Shown here: piece after piece, positions 58,512 to 64,000 of the stretch | How positions within the stretch are numbered: position 1 is the first letter of the stretch | How the letters are laid out: each line of letters starts with the position of its first letter | DNA from: a virus | DNA length: 64,000 nt | Virus record (IMG/VR): IMGVR_UViG_3300036861_000610 | Coordinates: 83,890-147,889 of that record | Direction: 5' to 3' (one strand) | Translations under genes and position numbers: made by a program | The notes under the pieces: generated by a model | Database searches by the model: none | What the model saw: the letters and a program-made list of their open reading frames with translations, nothing else | Told to the model about the DNA's origin: nothing

Positions 58512-59845
58512 TTACCTTCCCTTTACGACGATGACGGGGTCGAGGTTGTCCCACGCCGGCTGGGTGCCGAGACAGATCGCGGTGATGGTTCGGTAGGTCC
58601 AGCTGGCCTCATGTGGACTTGGGGCCAGATCGATTTCTGGCCACAGAGTCTCGTAGGGGCGAGGCAGCACGTCCAGGTTCAGAGACAAGCGGCCAAAAAC
58701 GGGTCCGTTGCCGTAGAGGCCGCCTCCGCCGGCTCCCCAGACCCAGTCGAGGGTGCCGAGGTTCTCGCGCTGATCGTGAGACAAGCGGCTGGGGTTCAGC
58801 CAGTACACCGGCGTTCGGATCTGGGCGAGCAGTCCGTCGTAGATGGTCCGACCATCCACAGTTGGTTCACCGACGATGGCGATGCGGCCTTCCCAGCGAA
58901 TCGTGTGCGTCATTCGGCTAGTCCCTCACCACGGCCAGGATCAAGTCGGCTGCGGAGCCCCGGTAGCGGTACCAGACGCGGGTGCCGTCGAGCAGAAACA
59001 GCTCCAGGTCCATGCCGTATACAGTTTCATTCCCGCCGAAGGTGCCGCCGAATTCTGTCCAAACCCCTTCTTCGGGCTTGGGGGTGTTGGCGTAGTCGAT
59101 GCCCACTGCGGCGACCCGGGGGCCGATCTCGACCCAATTGTTAGGCAAGGTCGAGCCGTAGAATCCGTCGAATCCGTCGCGGGTTGGGTCGTGCGGGCTT
59201 CCTTCACGGATGATGGCGTCGACCAGTGCCCGGTGGAACCCGACCTTCCAGTCGACGGCGTCCATGTTCTTCTCCTAAGACTGATCGATACGAAAGAACA
59301 CTTTGAGGTAGAGCTTGAAGCAGAAGACGTAGACCCAGATCATGAGCACGGCGTATGCACTGAGGGCGACGCCGCCCACAAGGAAGGAGGCCATGAGTCC
59401 GGGCAAGTAGTCGAAGACGTAGAAGCACATGACGGCGAAGAGACTGCTGCGGGTAACCAGGTTCAAGGCGGTCCGCCAGGGGCCTATCTGATCCCAAAAG
59501 GCTTGATACTCCTCGTATTCCTCCTCGTCCATCTCTTCGACCAGGGAGTCGAGCGCCTTTTCGGGGTTAAGGATCAACATGCGGCGACACCCCCGTAAAC
59601 GCAGTTTCGACAACAGATTCCAGGCGCTTGAGCCCCCCGGAGATGAGACTCAGTGGCATGAGAGCGACCAGCAGGTTCAGGTTCTTGGGATCGAGTCCGG
59701 TAGAGAGCTGGGCGCCGGCTTCACGGATGTGGATGGCCAGGTCTGCGAGGATGCGGACCACGTCATCCGACAGCCCCAAGGGGTACGGCGGAACCGTGGA
59801 ATGAACCTCCTTCCACGCCTCGACCGGGAACTGGGACTCAGTCAT
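58512..59845 (-). CDS. Hypothetical genes (58512-58913, 58918-59265, 59275-59580 membrane, 59567-59845)
   Basis: Packing and codon bias. Confidence 0.5.
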
Positions 59846-59847
59846 GG

Positions 59848-60021
59848 CTAGAGCCTGCCGCTGCCGCCGCAGGTGTTGCACTTCCGGGTGGCGGTACCTG
59901 ACCCGGAGCAAACTTCGCATCGCCGGTCGACTGTGCGACCGGAACCATTGCAGTTACCGCAACGGTTCGAATAGCTGCCGGCACCCCCGCAGTCGTGACA
60001 AAACCTTTCGGTTCGTGCCAT
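59848..60021 (-). CDS. Stand-alone DnaJ-type zinc-finger microprotein
   Basis: Four CxxCxGxG repeats. Confidence 0.75.
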   Translation of the reverse strand: MARTERFCHDCGGAGSYSNRCGNCNGSGRTVDRRCEVCSGSGTATRKCNTCGGSGRL

Positions 60022-60048
60022 TTCGATTTCTCCCATTTGGCTAGGAAA

Positions 60049-61795
60049 TTAATTGTTGACTTTATTCTTGCTGACATAAGAGGCCAGTTGCTTTTCGATG
60101 TCAGCAATCGTCTGGTCGATGTGTGCCAGGTGTTGACTAAACTGCCGGGCGACTCTGTCGATCCCGAAGAACGGGTCCAGGTCGGCGGGCACGTCGAGCG
60201 CGGCGGCCAGGGAATCGGCCCAGGTCCAGTGTTCCTCCAGCTCGGCCTTGGCCTCCTCCAGGTCGCCCTTGAGGGCACCCATGTCGACCCGCAGGTGCCG
60301 TTCCTGCTCTCGTAGCGCCTCGATTTCGGCGACGAGGGCTGGAACGTCTGCGACACTGGCACGAATTACATGCGCCACCGTCCCGGGCCACCTTTTGTCT
60401 TCCTTCTGGGAAAAGTCGTAGCGTTCCTTGACCGGCCCAAGGTCGAGGCCCGACGGCGGTTCAAAGGTTTTGTTGGCCATGGCTACGACTCCTGTCCCGC
60501 GGGCACAACGACCAGGCGGCCGGCGCGCTCCTTGACCTTCTCGGTGAGCTTCTTCTTCCGACGCTTCCACCGGTCGTCGTTGTCGATGTCCTTGAACGCG
60601 AACCAGTTCAGCAACTGGAAGGCGTGGGAGAGGGAGTAGTCGAGCATCACTCCCTCCATGACGTGCTTGGCGATGAGGCAGCACACCATGGGCAGGTAGA
60701 ACGGTCGAAGCTCGGCCCAGATCGTCCTTGAGATCTGGAGAAGGCGCGGGTAGCGGCCCCACATCCTGAAGATCCAGATGAAGAACCCAGACCAGGCCCA
60801 CACGGTGGCTGTGATCCGAATGGCTACGAAGACAAGGTCCCAGGTCATGACAGGTCCACCTCCAGGAGCTGGAGGAGAACTCCAGCCCGACGAGTCAACT
60901 CGGCGTGGACTTTTGCCAGTTCCTGAGTGATCCGGAAGAGCCGTTCATTGATGGTGCTGAACAATTCCCCCGCCTTGGGTTCGACGTCGAGCAGCTTGCG
61001 GAGCTGTTCGATGCGGCCGAGCAGTTCGGCAGTGGTGCGCTGCTCCAGGGTGTGCTGCTCCCCCTGGGGGCGAGGGACCAGTTTGTTGATGTCGTACCCT
61101 GCTTCTGCCTCGTCGGCGAGCGCTGCCACCACGTCAGGTGTGAGTACGGTCCCCCCCTTGGTGGCGTGCGTAACCCCGATGCCCTGCGCGCGGAGTCGTT
61201 GCATTGCCGGGCGGAATGCTGTGCCGACCGTACTCATGGGTCGACCCTCGGCTACGTACTGGCGGGCGACGGACTCGATCCAGTGGTCGTGGTGGATGCG
61301 CCAGTTCTCGTCGGTTGTCGTCTGGCCGCAGGGGCAGACATCAGGTTCCCGGGTCTTTTTGCGTGATGGCATCGGGGCTGCCCTCCTTCGTATTGATGCG
61401 GATTTCGGTGACGACGGTGACGGTGTGGCCGGTGGCGGCAATGTGCAGCGCCGCCCACACGTTCCGGTCGACGGCGTTGTTGAACGGGATCGGCAGGATC
61501 GGTTCGCATTCCTTGCAGCCGGCGATGTGGAAAACATCCACGGTCGCCTCGCCCATGATGATGTGGACCTGTTTCACGCTGCGACCTCTGGCCGGTCCAT
61601 GCTGAACTCGTAGGGCTCGTCATTGTCGTAGATGACCCAGTGGTCCTGGACGCCGTCGGGGAAGATGACCTCGAAGCACGGCTGCGGTGGGTCCAGGAGG
61701 GTTGGCGTGAACATGCAGACGCCGACGATGATGGCCCATTCACCTGACCGGAGGCAGTTCGGGTGTGTCCCCCGGATCCAGGTGCCGTGGTTCAT
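60049..61795 (-). CDS. Hypothetical genes (60049-60480 coiled coil, 60483-60848 membrane, 60845-61372, 61341-61577, 61574-61795)
   Basis: Overlap packing. Confidence 0.5.
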
Positions 61796-61980
61796 GATTC
61801 CTGCCGAGGAGGCGGGAGTGGAACCAGGGGAACAACTACGGCTGGAGTGAGGATGATGACGCCGTCGGCCTCCAAGGTGGCGAAGTACCTGGTGTCCTGG
61901 GGGCGGGCGACCTTTCCCAGGGCTACCCGTCGCCGGTTGTCCAGTTCGACGAGCCGGCGCTCGTCCTGCTGGCCTTCCAT
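61792..61980 (-). CDS. AbrB/SpoVT-like small DNA-binding protein
   Basis: VELDNRRRVALGK...DGVIILTP pattern. Confidence 0.5.
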   Translation of the reverse strand: MEGQQDERRLVELDNRRRVALGKVARPQDTRYFATLEADGVIILTPAVVVPLVPLPPPRQES

Positions 61981-63827
61981 CAGTAGCCCTGGGCGCTGGC
62001 CGGGATGGTGACGTCGTCGGCCAGGACGGTGGCCTTCAGTCTCTCGGCGGTGATGAGGTCCCGCCACGCCTGGGTGAGAGCGTCGTAGTCCCGCTGGCTG
62101 CCGGCGCGGGTGATGAAGTCGTAGACGCAATAGCGCCACCGGCCGTTGCCAGGTTCATAGCCAAAGCCGAAGCCGTTGTTGATGGCGAAGGTGTCGATGT
62201 CCTCGATAGACAGGACCTTGCCGGTGCCGGGGACTTCGCGGCCGTTCTTCAGGCGCTGGCAGATGCCGTAGAAGTGGTTGTTCCGGGAGCCATCGACAGG
62301 ACCCTCGGTGTCGCTGTGAGACAGCGGGCACCAGTCGCCGTCCCAGACGTCGATGAGTTCGGGGCGCAGGTGCAGCCGGCGGTGGTCGAGGCCGAAGTAG
62401 GGGCCGATTTCCTTCAGCCAGTCGTAGCCGTTTTGGGCGCGGCCGGCAAGAATAGTGGCACGGATCATGGCTTCCTCCAGGGGGAATTTGGTTTGGGGTA
62501 GAAGGGGCTAGTCAGGAACGGCAGATGCCCCAGATGGTGCTGAGGACAGAGCCGGGGATGACGAAGAGGGAGCCGGTCTGGATCCAGCGGTCGTCCTTGG
62601 TCCAGATCCCGAAAAGGAACGAAACGGCGGCGAGGACGACGAGCAGCAGCGCCACCATTCCGGTGACGGTCAGCCTCGAAGGAGTTCGTGGCTTCTTCGG
62701 AGGGGCAATGGTCATGGCTTCTCCTGGGGGAGTTGTGATTACTGGGGGTGGGTGACGCGGATGTGGTAGCCAGTGCCGTAGAAGCCGTTGCCGTCGCCGC
62801 CTTCAAAGGTGACGAGGTTGATCATGTCGTGAGCGGCGTAAACGAAGATCTGGTACAGGCCATTGGTGTCATTGGGGGCCTCGAAGAATGCGGCGCGGGT
62901 GATGACGTTGTCGACGCCATTGAGCGCGGTCAGGTCGTACCGGCCGTTGTTGCAGCCGCCGCAGCCTTCGTTGCCGACGAGGGTGAGCTGGGTGCCGTCG
63001 TCGAGGGTGAGGGTGTTGTCGCCGACGACGGTGACGGTGCGACCGAGGAGCAGGCCTTCGATTTCGTCGGTGTTGCTGTGGAGCAGGACCTGGTTCTCGG
63101 TCATGTCGGTCTCCTTACTGCTGCTACGAGGGGCGGACTCCAGGGATGCGGGGGCCGGCTGCACCACGGGCAGGGGCATCGCTTCGAGGTGTTCCTGCAG
63201 TTCCCGCAGGTAGGAATCTTTGGCCGCCATTTTTAGCTCTGTCCCTTCGTGGCTCGGTCCATGGCTTCCCCGATGTCGCGCAGTGCGCGCCAAGCGTCGC
63301 CGGATTCATGCGCCTCAGCGGCTTCGCAGTAGGACTGGTAGGGGTGGGGTCCGGTTCCGTGCTGCAGGTGGTGTTCGATCTCCCGGATGACCTGGGAGTA
63401 GTCGACCTTCTCGCGCTTTGCCATTCCCCTCCCCTCCTTCGTTACCGGTAGGCGCGGGCGTGCTGGTCGACGACTCCGGCGGTGTCGTAGGTGCCGGCCT
63501 CAGCGCGCTCCTTGAGCAGCTTGGCGTACTGCTCGCGGCGGCCCTCCCAGTAGCGGCGGTTGTCTTCCCACCTCGGTCCGGTGTAGTTGGGGTTGGCGAG
63601 GTCCTCGTCGAGACCCTGGATGATTTCCTCGATCCGGGCCGAGGTCATCTCGTGGGGCGACATGCACATGGTGGCTCTCCTCCAGGTTGTTGTTCTTAGA
63701 GCTGGCTCAGGTACCAGATGCCGTAGGCGATGCACCCAGCTATCTGGACGAGAAGCAGCCCAAGAAGAATGAGGTGCCTACGTCGGTGCCGGCGGTTCAT
63801 CGCTTCGATCGTGGGGATCTTGGTCAT
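61980..63827 (-). CDS. Early hypothetical genes (61980-62468, 62512-62715, 62739-63104, 63233-63424, 63442-~63668, 63696-~63827)
   Basis: Strong GGAGG-type RBSs; directly downstream of the predicted promoter. Confidence 0.5.
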
Positions 63828-63864
63828 CGGGTTTCCTCCAGGGCCCCTACTTACACTCCCTCCA

Positions 63865-63892
63865 CTCTCCCACCCCCACCTAGGGGTGTCAA
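63865..63892 (-). promoter_or_regulatory. Putative early promoter
   Basis: Minus strand TTGACA (63892-63887)-17 nt-GAGAGT. Confidence 0.5.
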
Positions 63893-64000
63893 CCCCCATC
63901 CCCCAGCCCCAAAGCCCCCACCCCCAGAACCCAAGGACCAACCCTCAAGCCCCCTACTCCCAACCCCTGGGGGCTAATCCCCACGCGCGAGCCAGCCTCA

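Noticed and set aside
1-64000. tRNA genes, integrase/att site, reverse transcriptase (DGR or retron)
   Set aside because: None recognised by eye; tRNAscan-SE and HMM searches are needed to exclude them.

Overview
This window looks like most of the genome of a GC-rich, siphovirus-like actinobacteriophage. The host is probably a filamentous actinomycete, inferred from DUF397, an M15-type lysin and the GC content. On the + strand (1-30.8 kb) are a truncated giant multi-domain protein with three zincin repeats, head and tail genes resembling cluster B mycobacteriophages, a ~8.6 kb sugar-synthesis/glycosyltransferase cluster and a lysis module. On the - strand (30.8-64 kb) are many small early/accessory genes. 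I recognised no integrase, DNA polymerase or tRNA. The standout feature is two separate loci (45.0-46.5 kb and 51.6-54.9 kb), each with a stand-alone Cas7/RAMP-like gene, an accessory gene and non-coding arrays of 5-nt units (GGY-NN on the sense strand), and no other cas genes or canonical CRISPR repeats. Reading only the variable NN dinucleotides of array A gives a gapped sequence (NN-x-NN-x) matching codon positions 1-2 of the neighbouring gene at 19/24 nt. A unit of array B matches the gene on the other flank at 15/20 nt. This suggests a phage-encoded RNA-guided system with a non-contiguous, wobble-skipping code, probably aimed at related phages. All family assignments come from motif recognition by eye; no database searches were run.
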